Assembly (NCBI GenBank): GCA_964589775.1
Contig: CAZPUN010000044.1
Coordinates: 1-28,668, forward strand
Reading direction: 5' to 3'
Source of the DNA: an uncultured archaeon
GTDB lineage: Archaea > Asgardarchaeota > Thorarchaeia > Thorarchaeales > CAZPUN01
Length of the DNA stretch: 28,668 nt
Under the pieces are notes generated by a model, which was not told the origin of the DNA, did no database searches, and saw nothing but the letters and a program-made list of their open reading frames with translations. Made by a program: the position numbers and the translations under genes. This document shows positions 18,065-26,669 of this stretch, one piece after another (within the stretch, counting starts at the first letter, position 1; each line of letters opens with the position of its first letter).

Positions 18065-18170
18065 TTTTTTAACAATCTCGATCTCTTTCTCTTTTCACAT
18101 ATAATAGTTAGATATAAAAGTAATTTTTGAAAATGTCTTTTTGGGGTACTAATTCAGGCAAGTGTTTCAA

Positions 18171-19838
18171 ATGAGTAATTCCTATTCTATTGACAAGATT
18201 CTTCAAAATGGAGAAACCGATATTTCTGAGTTTAAATTACGATTGACTGAGGCTGATTTGAAAGGCTCGCGTAAGCAGAGCCTAATTGCTAGAATTAAAT
18301 TCATGACTCAAGATGATGCTGAGGCAATTTATCTAATTGGTATAGATGATATTGAAGGAAAGAAATGGAAGGTCCATGGCTTATCTCTTAAAGAATTAAA
18401 TAGATCCGCCGAAATTTTGCAGAAATTATGTGACGAAGCAGGCGTAGATATAATTGAAGAAGTACATATTCAGACCGAGAAAGGCATTGTTGGTAAGTTT
18501 ATACTGAGGCGGCGTCCTATTGAAGAAGTTGGAGAAACCATTAGCATAAACGTTGCAGGTCGTGTAAATGCAGGTAAATCCACATTGATAGGGACTTTAA
18601 TTACACAGCAGCTTGATGATGGTAGTGGTAAAACCCGAACATATCTCTTGCGACATCCTCATGAGATTCGCAGAGGTCAGACTTCAGACATTCATATTGC
18701 GTTCATTGCCTTTGATAAGAATGGGAATGTTATGCCGTTTCGTAATCCTCTAGATAAAGAGGAATGCGGTCGAAAACTCGATATGGCTGCGAAAATCGTC
18801 ACGTTGTTTGATGCTCCCGGTCATGCCGAATTTTCCAAAACCATGATTAGGAGTATTCTCGGTGCCGACGCGCAATATGGAATGATTTTGATTCCTGCGC
18901 CTGAAGAAGCAAAACTAGCTTGGACCTATGCTGAACGCACTGGAATTGTCAGATTGGATGAGATCTCTAGAGAGCACATGATTCTAATGGGCAATCAAGA
19001 ACTACCCATGTTTATAGTGATTTCGAGAATTGATGTTGCAACGAATAAGGAACTCGAATTCACTCGCTCATTAGTTAAAAAAACATTACGGGATATTGGG
19101 AAGATCCCACTGCACGTTTCAGACAAAAAGGACCTTGACACAATTACCAAAGAACTCGTACATCGTGCGATTGTTCCGATTTTTGAGGTGTCTACCGTAT
19201 CTGGTGAGGGTTTGGAGTTATTAACCGCATTCATTTCGAAATTAAAGCCTACGATCGAATCTGACATATCTGAAAAGCCTGCTCTTGCATATGTTGATAA
19301 AGTTTATCGGGGTATTCCGGGTACGCATGTAGTAGTTACAGGCACGGTATATCAAGGTATATTTAAGGATGGGCAAAGAGTCCTTGTTGGGCCTGATGTT
19401 TCTGGGAAATACCATATTGGTAGAATCGCAAGTATCGAGATGTTCAAAAAGAGGGTTGAAAAGGTTAAACCTGGCGATTCATTCGGTTTTGATATTAAAG
19501 GAGTTGATTCGCAAATAATTCGTCGCGGGATTATCATAGGGGATCCTGATGTGGAAGTAAGTCCATGCCGTGAATTCGAGGCGAACATTGTTGTCACCAA
19601 GCATGCGCGACGGATTACAGAAGGGTATTCTCCAGTTTATCATAGCCATACGATTCATCAGACTGTTGAGTTAGTGAAAATTTACGGAAAGGATTATCTT
19701 ACAGTTGGTGATTTCGCACAGGTACGTATTAGATTCATCAAGCATCCTGAGAATGTTTATGTCGGTGATAAGTTAGTTCTGCGAGAAGCAAATACAAGAG
19801 CAATTGGAACAGTAAAAGAAATAATAAAAAAAGAATAA
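18171..19838 (+). CDS. GTPBP1/GTPBP2-like translational GTPase (EF-Tu superfamily)
   Basis: N-terminal GTPBP-type domain 'EFKLRL...EAIYLIGIDD'; G1 'GRVNAGKST', G2 'HEIRRGQTS', G3 'DAPGH', G4 'SRID', G5 'VSTVSG'; EF-Tu-like barrels II/III. Alternative GTG start at 18162. Confidence 0.88.
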   Translation: MSNSYSIDKILQNGETDISEFKLRLTEADLKGSRKQSLIARIKFMTQDDAEAIYLIGIDDIEGKKWKVHGLSLKELNRSAEILQKLCDEAGVDIIEEVHIQTEKGIVGKFILRRRPIEEVGETISINVAGRVNAGKSTLIGTLITQQLDDGSGKTRTYLLRHPHEIRRGQTSDIHIAFIAFDKNGNVMPFRNPLDKEECGRKLDMAAKIVTLFDAPGHAEFSKTMIRSILGADAQYGMILIPAPEEAKLAWTYAERTGIVRLDEISREHMILMGNQELPMFIVISRIDVATNKELEFTRSLVKKTLRDIGKIPLHVSDKKDLDTITKELVHRAIVPIFEVSTVSGEGLELLTAFISKLKPTIESDISEKPALAYVDKVYRGIPGTHVVVTGTVYQGIFKDGQRVLVGPDVSGKYHIGRIASIEMFKKRVEKVKPGDSFGFDIKGVDSQIIRRGIIIGDPDVEVSPCREFEANIVVTKHARRITEGYSPVYHSHTIHQTVELVKIYGKDYLTVGDFAQVRIRFIKHPENVYVGDKLVLREANTRAIGTVKEIIKKE

Positions 19839-19843
19839 AGCGT

Positions 19844-21139
19844 CTATGGCGAGATTCTATTTATCGTTCTTGGGAATGGGATTGAATCTCGGATATGCTC
19901 AAGTTTTAGCATCCATGTAATCATTCGGTCGACTCCAACGCCAAATCCGGCATGGGGTACGCTACCGAATCTTCTGAGATCCAAATACCATTCATATTTT
20001 GCGGGATCGTCCCCATCTCTCTTGAGTAGCTCTATGATTTTATTGACATCTGTTTCTCTGACACTTGCACCGATAATCTCGCCATATCCTTCTGGGGCAA
20101 TCATATCGTTACATAAAACGGTTCTTGGATCATCCGGATTTTCTTTCATGTAAAATGCTTTGATTGCTTTGGGATAATGTGTTATTATTAATGGCTTTTC
20201 TAAGTCTCGAGATAGTATATCTTCCGCTTCTGTTCTTATATCCTCGCCCCATTTGATTTTAAGGCCCTGTTGTTGTAGTTTCTCAATTGCTTCTGAATAT
20301 GTTATTCTTGGGAATGGTGGCTTAACCACTCGCAACCGCTCAGGATCAACTTCAAGAAATTCTAATTCTTTCTGGCAATTATCCGCTACAGATTGTGCTA
20401 TGTGACTGATTAGATTCTCTTGGGTTCTTATATTACAGTCGAAATCACAGAATGCCTCTTCAACCTCTAAGTGCCAAAATTCAGTCACGTGTTTTCTGGT
20501 CTTTGATTTTTCGGCTCTAAATGACGGGGCTAATGTGAATACTTTCTCCAGTCCAAAGATCATAGCTTCCAAATACATCTGGCTTGTTTGTGTTAGATAT
20601 GCTGTTCGCCCAAAATAATTGACTTCAAATAACTGGCTTCCCTCTTCTCCTTTCTGACCCACGATCATGGGTCCTGTAGTCTCAAAATAGCCATTGTCTG
20701 TTAGATATTCCCGTGCAGCTCTAAATACTTCTGCCCTAACTTTTGCAACATTTACCAACTTTAGAGATCTAACCCAAAGATGCCTCTTATCCATCAAAAA
20801 TTCAACGCTTTTATCTTTTGTAATGGGAAAGTCTTCCGCAAAATGAATGACATTTAAATTATTCACTTGGATTTCATACCCGCCTACTGCTCGTTTATCT
20901 TCTTTCACAATACCTTTTATTTCAACGGCGGATTCGACCAGCATATCCGTGGCATCTTTGAATTCTTTTTCACTCACTACGTCTTTTTTAATTACGGTCT
21001 GGATAATGCCTGTTACATCTCTTAGAACTACAAATACCATTTTCTTTTGCTTTCTAATGCGATATACCCAGCCTCTTAGTTTTACCTCTTTTCCGACATA
21101 TTTCTCGGACTTTACTTCTTCTGTATGTAGAAATGACAT
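19844..21139 (-). CDS. asnS: Asparagine--tRNA ligase
   Basis: OB-fold 'LRGWV...FVVLRD.TG.IQ'; 'AYLTQTSQMYLE'; motif 2 'FRAEKSKT.KH.TEFW'; 'WYLDLRRFGSVPHAGFG.G'. ATG 21139 follows a GGTGA SD. Confidence 0.92.
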   Translation of the reverse strand: MSFLHTEEVKSEKYVGKEVKLRGWVYRIRKQKKMVFVVLRDVTGIIQTVIKKDVVSEKEFKDATDMLVESAVEIKGIVKEDKRAVGGYEIQVNNLNVIHFAEDFPITKDKSVEFLMDKRHLWVRSLKLVNVAKVRAEVFRAAREYLTDNGYFETTGPMIVGQKGEEGSQLFEVNYFGRTAYLTQTSQMYLEAMIFGLEKVFTLAPSFRAEKSKTRKHVTEFWHLEVEEAFCDFDCNIRTQENLISHIAQSVADNCQKELEFLEVDPERLRVVKPPFPRITYSEAIEKLQQQGLKIKWGEDIRTEAEDILSRDLEKPLIITHYPKAIKAFYMKENPDDPRTVLCNDMIAPEGYGEIIGASVRETDVNKIIELLKRDGDDPAKYEWYLDLRRFGSVPHAGFGVGVDRMITWMLKLEHIRDSIPFPRTINRISP

Positions 21140-21373
21140 TGTGATCACCGAATGAGCAGGAGCCAGTCCTGAAAGTATTTTGTACGAATTATGTTATTTT
21201 ACTTTTTAACTTCATCGTAGATGAATATTTTTCATCTGTTTTTAATTAACTAAAAAAGCGGTGGATAAATATATTTTTCCTACATGACATAAAATTGAGA
21301 GACAATTCAAAAGAAAAATAAGTACATTTGTATACAGAATTAATAATTAAAAAGAGGCTCAGGAGAAGGTTAC

Positions 21374-22762
21374 ATGATTGATAATTTAATTGATGCAATA
21401 GACTACTTTTCACCCGAAGCAGACTATCTCGAAATTCGTTACCACAAGCGCATAAGGAATGGTGTTTTAGTTAAGAATGGTATGGCAACTGCAAGCTCTG
21501 GAAAATTGGAAGGCATTTTCGTTCGCGCTCTTATTGCCAACGCGTGGGGTAGTTATTCGATTGACTCTCTGGACCGCCAGAGTATATTCCACGGAATTGA
21601 GATGGCAATTAGATCTGCAGAATCTGCAATTGGGCTGAAACACAAATCCGTTCATCTTGCTGATGTTGAAGTAAATGAAGACATTGTACGACCACATGTT
21701 GAAATAGATCCGTTGGATATCTCAATTGAGGATAAGGTTTCGCGAATTCAAGAGATTGATAAACAGGTTCATGAGTTCAATTCAAAAATAGTTAGTAGCT
21801 CGACAAACTATTTTGATGTCAGTGATACGAAATATATTCTAACATCTGAAGGTACTCAGTTAGAGCTATATGATACAAAAGTTTCTCTTTATATATCTGC
21901 AGTAGCCAAAGATGGTGCTGAAACATCCGTTGCATCATCACGAATTGCTCAGACTGGTGGATATGAACGACTTAATGATGAAGCCGTAGATGGTTTAATA
22001 AAGACTGTTGGAGAACGTGCAATCAATCTTCTCGGCGCACCTATGCCACCCTCTGGAATTGCTACAGTAATACTGGGGCCTCAACTTGTTCGACTTTTAG
22101 CCCATGAAGCCCTAGGGCATTCTGTGGAAGCAGATATTGTTGAAGCAGGTTCAGCGCTGCGTTATAAGATCCACCAACAGATTGCGCCTTCGTTCCTGAA
22201 TTTCATAGATGACAAGATTGGATATCCCTATGATTATGGGTCTCTTCCTGGCTATGATGATGAAGGAGTACGTGTTGGAACCACTTATATAATTCGTGAC
22301 GGTATTCTTGAGACATTCTTACACAATCGCGAGTCTGCTGCTGATTTTGGAGTTCAGCCTACGGGAAATGCACGAGCCCAAGACCATAGATTCGAGCCTA
22401 TAATCCGTATGACGAATTCTGTGATTTTTCCAAGTCATGGCGAAGGCTGGGGCGCAGATGAAATAATTGAAGATACACGAGAAGGATACCTTCTTCTGGG
22501 TCGTAATATGGGGCAAGCAGATTCAACCACCGAGTTTATGTTTGGCGTGGGTGAAATCTGGGAAATTAAAAATGGTGAAAAGTTTCGTCCCTACAAAGGA
22601 GTGACAATTTCAGGTATTGCAATTGACGTTCTACAACAAATAGATGCACTATCACGTGAGATCAAGCGAGGATTTGCAGGACATTGTGGTAAAGGTCAGA
22701 TTGCATTTACGGGTGGTGGCGGCTCCTTCGCAAGAACAAAAGTACTTATTGGAGGTAAATAA
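21374..22762 (+). CDS. tldD: TldD metalloprotease (catalytic subunit)
   Basis: 'HEALGHSVEAD' (HExxGH), 'YDDEG', 'TGNAR...PIIRMTN', C-terminal 'CGKGQ'; AGGAG SD. Confidence 0.92.
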   Translation: MIDNLIDAIDYFSPEADYLEIRYHKRIRNGVLVKNGMATASSGKLEGIFVRALIANAWGSYSIDSLDRQSIFHGIEMAIRSAESAIGLKHKSVHLADVEVNEDIVRPHVEIDPLDISIEDKVSRIQEIDKQVHEFNSKIVSSSTNYFDVSDTKYILTSEGTQLELYDTKVSLYISAVAKDGAETSVASSRIAQTGGYERLNDEAVDGLIKTVGERAINLLGAPMPPSGIATVILGPQLVRLLAHEALGHSVEADIVEAGSALRYKIHQQIAPSFLNFIDDKIGYPYDYGSLPGYDDEGVRVGTTYIIRDGILETFLHNRESAADFGVQPTGNARAQDHRFEPIIRMTNSVIFPSHGEGWGADEIIEDTREGYLLLGRNMGQADSTTEFMFGVGEIWEIKNGEKFRPYKGVTISGIAIDVLQQIDALSREIKRGFAGHCGKGQIAFTGGGGSFARTKVLIGGK

Positions 22763-22764
22763 AA

Positions 22765-24120
22765 ATGGAATTTCCTGATGTAACTATAGCGGTATCCGAG
22801 CTCGAACATGAGCTTGAAAATGCGAAAGAAAAATATTCAGATGCTTCGTTTGAAGTCTTCTTGGTTCAGAAATATGAATCTGAAATCAGCATGCAAGTTC
22901 TTGATATTCACAGTATAGCTCAATCGATGCGTATGTATGTTGCAGTAAGAGCCGCTGTAAACAAGCAGATCGGTTTTACATTCACCACTTCATCGTATGA
23001 TTTTGATTCAATCTTTGACCGTGCATATAAGATTGCGAAAGTATCTCCGAAGCATGAATATTTTGAGGGTTTCCCATATTTTGATAAATATCCTGCAGTT
23101 GAGGGCTTGATTGATTATGATATTACGAATTTTGATACGGATGTTCTTTGCGAATACGGGCATCGTATAATTGAAAGCATGCGTGATGTATCCTTTGATG
23201 TGCGAATTCGTGGTCGGCTTAATGTTTTTACGCAAGTCAAGCGGATTTTTAATACCGAAGGCTTAGATGTTGAAAGCGCTAGTACCGGAATGTCTCTGTT
23301 TGCAATGATGATTTCAAATGAAAATGATATTGTGGGTGGTGCAGTCGCAGACACCTATTACGGGCACAGCATTGATATTGATTTTGAGAAGTTCAGTTCT
23401 GACCTCGCCCAAAGAGCATTAAATAACCATCAAGGAAAGCCAATTTCATCATTTACGGGTGATGTGTTATTAGTGGGTGATGCTTCTGCCATGCTTATAG
23501 ATTCAATTCTCTCAATGGCATTTAATGGCGAGCATATTCTTACGAATCGTTCTCCATTTACAAATCGTATTAACGAACAAGTGTTCAGTGATAATATTTC
23601 TCTTTATTCTGATGGCCGATTAGAAGGTGGATTTTTCTCTTCTCCGTTTGATGATGAAGGAGCTCCTACTAAGCGTGTGTCACTTGTCGAAAATGGTGTT
23701 GTGAAGGGTTTTATGACCGATAGTGAAACTGCAAAAGGACTTGGTATTTCAGAAAGTACAGGCAATGCGCGTCGTCAGGATCCTGAAAGCCCACCTAAAA
23801 TAATGCCACTAAATCTGGTATTTTCAGAAGGTGAAACGAGTCTGCAAGAAGCTATTGCTTCAATTAAAAAAGGTTTAATTATTCGTCGCATTTCGGGAAA
23901 TGGAAGCTTTGTCACAGGTAATATTAGTGGTATAGCAAAAGAAGCTACAATAATTGAAGACGGCGAATTAACAAAAGCCGTCCGAAAAACAATGCTCGCA
24001 GGAAATGTATATGATTGGTTAAAAGACAATTTACAACCATTACGTGGGCTTATGGCACGTGCTCACTTGATGGTTCCGCCATTACTCTTATCAAATGTAA
24101 AAATTGTAGGTACAAAATAG
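22765..24120 (+). CDS. pmbA: PmbA/TldE partner subunit (non-catalytic)
   Basis: TldD-family motifs 'PFDDEG', 'STGNA.R' without HExxH; directly follows tldD with a GGAGGT SD. Confidence 0.88.
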   Translation: MEFPDVTIAVSELEHELENAKEKYSDASFEVFLVQKYESEISMQVLDIHSIAQSMRMYVAVRAAVNKQIGFTFTTSSYDFDSIFDRAYKIAKVSPKHEYFEGFPYFDKYPAVEGLIDYDITNFDTDVLCEYGHRIIESMRDVSFDVRIRGRLNVFTQVKRIFNTEGLDVESASTGMSLFAMMISNENDIVGGAVADTYYGHSIDIDFEKFSSDLAQRALNNHQGKPISSFTGDVLLVGDASAMLIDSILSMAFNGEHILTNRSPFTNRINEQVFSDNISLYSDGRLEGGFFSSPFDDEGAPTKRVSLVENGVVKGFMTDSETAKGLGISESTGNARRQDPESPPKIMPLNLVFSEGETSLQEAIASIKKGLIIRRISGNGSFVTGNISGIAKEATIIEDGELTKAVRKTMLAGNVYDWLKDNLQPLRGLMARAHLMVPPLLLSNVKIVGTK

Positions 24121-24132
24121 ACAACGCCCTTC

Positions 24133-25125
24133 TCATATTATTTTATTTTCTCTATACCATGCAATTGTTTCTTTCATGCCTTCTGGAAGCGTATATTTCG
24201 GTTGGTAGTTCAAGTATTTCTTTGCTTTTGCATTGCTATATGCTCTGTGATTTCTCATTTCTTCAACTACTTTTTTGTGAATTACGAAATTATCAATCCC
24301 TTTGCGGTTGTTTCGCCATTCTAAGTATCCAATGTACATCTTAGCTAGAAACATAGGTGCGGATTTTGTTGGAGCTGGTGCGTTAAGTAAATTCGCTATG
24401 ATTGTAAAGGCTTCCCTGTATGTGTAATAGTCATCGCTCGAAATAATGAATGTTTCTCCAATTGCCTTTCTAGGATTGCGTAGGGCTTTTACAAAACCGT
24501 GTGCAATGTCCTTCACGAACGTAAAATGAATATATTTATCACCTTTGCCTGGGAGTCTAGTCAATCGTCCTTTTAGGATCGTATCGATTATTGATATTGA
24601 TATGTATTGATCTCGAGGCCCATAAATACCCGTAGGTCTGATAATTGTCATGGGAAATCCTGTTTCTTCATACATTCTTTTAAGTGCTTGTTCGAGCATT
24701 AATTTGGTTTTGCCATAGTCAAAAACCGGATTACATGGGTATGTTTCATCGGCAGGTGGATTTTCAACAGGACCAATGGCTTCCGTAGAACTTGTGGCGA
24801 TAAAGTGTTTAACGCCATTTCGTTCTGCATCTTCTGCGAGAATTTGCGTGGCTTTTACATTTGGAGTATATAATTCTTTTAAATGTGTATGGAATTTCAT
24901 TTTTGCTGCCAAATGAATAACCACATCTATGTCTTGTGTTATGTTTTTCAGGGTTTCCGGTTTGTTGAGGTCCGCATATCTAATCTCAACACCTTGTTGT
25001 TCAAACTTTTTGGCTTTCTCTTTATTGCGAGCCATGCCTATAATCTCAATTGATTCATCGTTTCTTAATATATCAAAAACATGTGATGCAACGAAGCCCG
25101 TAATTCCTGTAATTAGAACTCTCAT
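24133..25125 (-). CDS. Extended SDR, NAD-dependent epimerase/dehydratase or 3-beta-HSD-like
   Basis: 'TGITGFVA', 'DVVIHLAA', 'SST', 'YGKTK' (YxxxK), 'RPTGIYGP'; ATGA overlap with the upstream luxC-like gene. Confidence 0.88.
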   Translation of the reverse strand: MRVLITGITGFVASHVFDILRNDESIEIIGMARNKEKAKKFEQQGVEIRYADLNKPETLKNITQDIDVVIHLAAKMKFHTHLKELYTPNVKATQILAEDAERNGVKHFIATSSTEAIGPVENPPADETYPCNPVFDYGKTKLMLEQALKRMYEETGFPMTIIRPTGIYGPRDQYISISIIDTILKGRLTRLPGKGDKYIHFTFVKDIAHGFVKALRNPRKAIGETFIISSDDYYTYREAFTIIANLLNAPAPTKSAPMFLAKMYIGYLEWRNNRKGIDNFVIHKKVVEEMRNHRAYSNAKAKKYLNYQPKYTLPEGMKETIAWYRENKII

Positions 25126-26669
25126 TTATCGGTCGCCTCAAAAATTGTATTCGCAGTCCTGATTACGTTTTTAATATCTGTATCAATATTTACGGTATTT
25201 ATCGTCAGCCATCGAAGCTTATTTGGCATGTAAAATTCTAAGATTGGTATTCTGCCATCCCATGATTCTTTGAGCCTAGGCAAATTAACAGTTCCAATAA
25301 CTCTTATGTTTGAAACTCCCATTTTTCCTGCTCTATTTGCAAAATTAAGTAGCCTCTTCTGTGGTATTGCAGCTCCTATTGTATCATAAAATTCTTGCCA
25401 TTTCTGGGTTAATTTGAACGCATCATGTATATTATTAACAGGGATTATTCGCAATATTCTATGTTGTGATGGGATTACCTTCCTTTCAGGATCATAAATT
25501 ATTGCAAAGTCATATTCCGGTTCTGCAAAAACTCGCTCATCATCTATCATGCTGGCAAATAAGTTTGCTAACTCCTGCTCTCGTAGTGCTTTATAATATT
25601 CAGATTGGGGTAACTTCTTAGAGATTTTCTTTCCTTGTTCGACCATAAATTCAAAGAATTCCTCCGGCGTTGCTTCGCCTCCTTCCTCAACAAAAAATCC
25701 AAGAACTGGCGCAGGATTCATACGTCCTTCATACCCAAAACCATCAATGACAGCTAATTTTGCTATATCTTCATTAACGTATTCTTTTGAAATAATGTCG
25801 AAGCTTACTCTTCCACCATGGCACGCTAAATATACATTTGAAGTGATCCATAATGATCTTCTAGCCTTCTTTTTAATGTATCTACAAAAGTCTCCAGATG
25901 TGTTGAGTTTGTTTTCTAACGCTACGATTATTGAATCTGAATTCTTGAAGATTATGTTATCAATTTCATCATCTCGTTTATACCATGGAAGAACAAAAAT
26001 CATGTTGGCCAATTCTTTATCAACTTCGAAAATGGATTCTGCAATTAATGCTGCAAAAAATGGTTGGCATCGTGGATTTTTTATGATCACTCCACTTCTA
26101 TTTTCAATACCTATCCATATGCCATACATTGCAATTAGTCCGATTGCGTTCGGGGGAGATAATAGCGTTAAGATTTTATGTGAACCTGTTTTAAAGTTCA
26201 TTCTTTTAACTTTAAACTTATCAATTATACTTCCAAATGCCTTAATAATTAGATTTTCTTCATTAATGGTTGAAAAATTGTATATTCCGCTTTTTATTTT
26301 TTCAAAAGTATCTGCAATATTAATAAGTTCTGGTCGAACGTTATCAAGTATCTTAAATTGATAAAATTCAAGTATTTCTTTGGAATAATTCGTATATTTT
26401 GGTAATAGTTCTATTGCTATTTTTCGTTTATCATAATTGGGGTCCTGCCACTTTTTAAGGACTTTCATAAAAATTTCTTTAATATATTCATCAGAATATT
26501 CTAAAAATGATTCATGAATATCTCTTATGCGCCTAATTATATCTAAGACATGTTCCGCTGTTAGTCTAGGAAGCATTAATGTATGCCCATCTAAAACAAG
26601 CTCATCTTTTGGGATATTCATTTCAATATCATATGCAATTGGTGGAATAAAGTACGTATTTATTTTCAT
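25122..26669 (-). CDS. LuxC-like acyl-CoA/acyl-protein reductase (ALDH fold), divergent
   Basis: LuxC-type layout 'PPNAIG...VIIKNP..QPFFA.L.AES...D.ELA....VLPW', 'HGGRVSF.II', C-terminal 'GVSNI..IG......WDG'; coupled to the luxE-like gene. Expected catalytic Cys is not evident. Confidence 0.68.
   Translation of the reverse strand: MKINTYFIPPIAYDIEMNIPKDELVLDGHTLMLPRLTAEHVLDIIRRIRDIHESFLEYSDEYIKEIFMKVLKKWQDPNYDKRKIAIELLPKYTNYSKEILEFYQFKILDNVRPELINIADTFEKIKSGIYNFSTINEENLIIKAFGSIIDKFKVKRMNFKTGSHKILTLLSPPNAIGLIAMYGIWIGIENRSGVIIKNPRCQPFFAALIAESIFEVDKELANMIFVLPWYKRDDEIDNIIFKNSDSIIVALENKLNTSGDFCRYIKKKARRSLWITSNVYLACHGGRVSFDIISKEYVNEDIAKLAVIDGFGYEGRMNPAPVLGFFVEEGGEATPEEFFEFMVEQGKKISKKLPQSEYYKALREQELANLFASMIDDERVFAEPEYDFAIIYDPERKVIPSQHRILRIIPVNNIHDAFKLTQKWQEFYDTIGAAIPQKRLLNFANRAGKMGVSNIRVIGTVNLPRLKESWDGRIPILEFYMPNKLRWLTINTVNIDTDIKNVIRTANTIFEATDK

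Noticed and set aside
19844-21139. Non-discriminating AspRS instead of AsnRS
   Set aside because: FRAEKS, EFWHLE and WYLDLRRFGSVPH match AsnRS rather than AspRS motifs.
25747-26361. 204-aa plus-strand ORF (and other short antisense ORFs in the track, e.g. 4710-5075, 10391-10783, 13469-13867, 20847-21155)
   Set aside because: They overlap better-supported genes on the opposite strand and show Ser/Ile/Phe-rich shadow composition.
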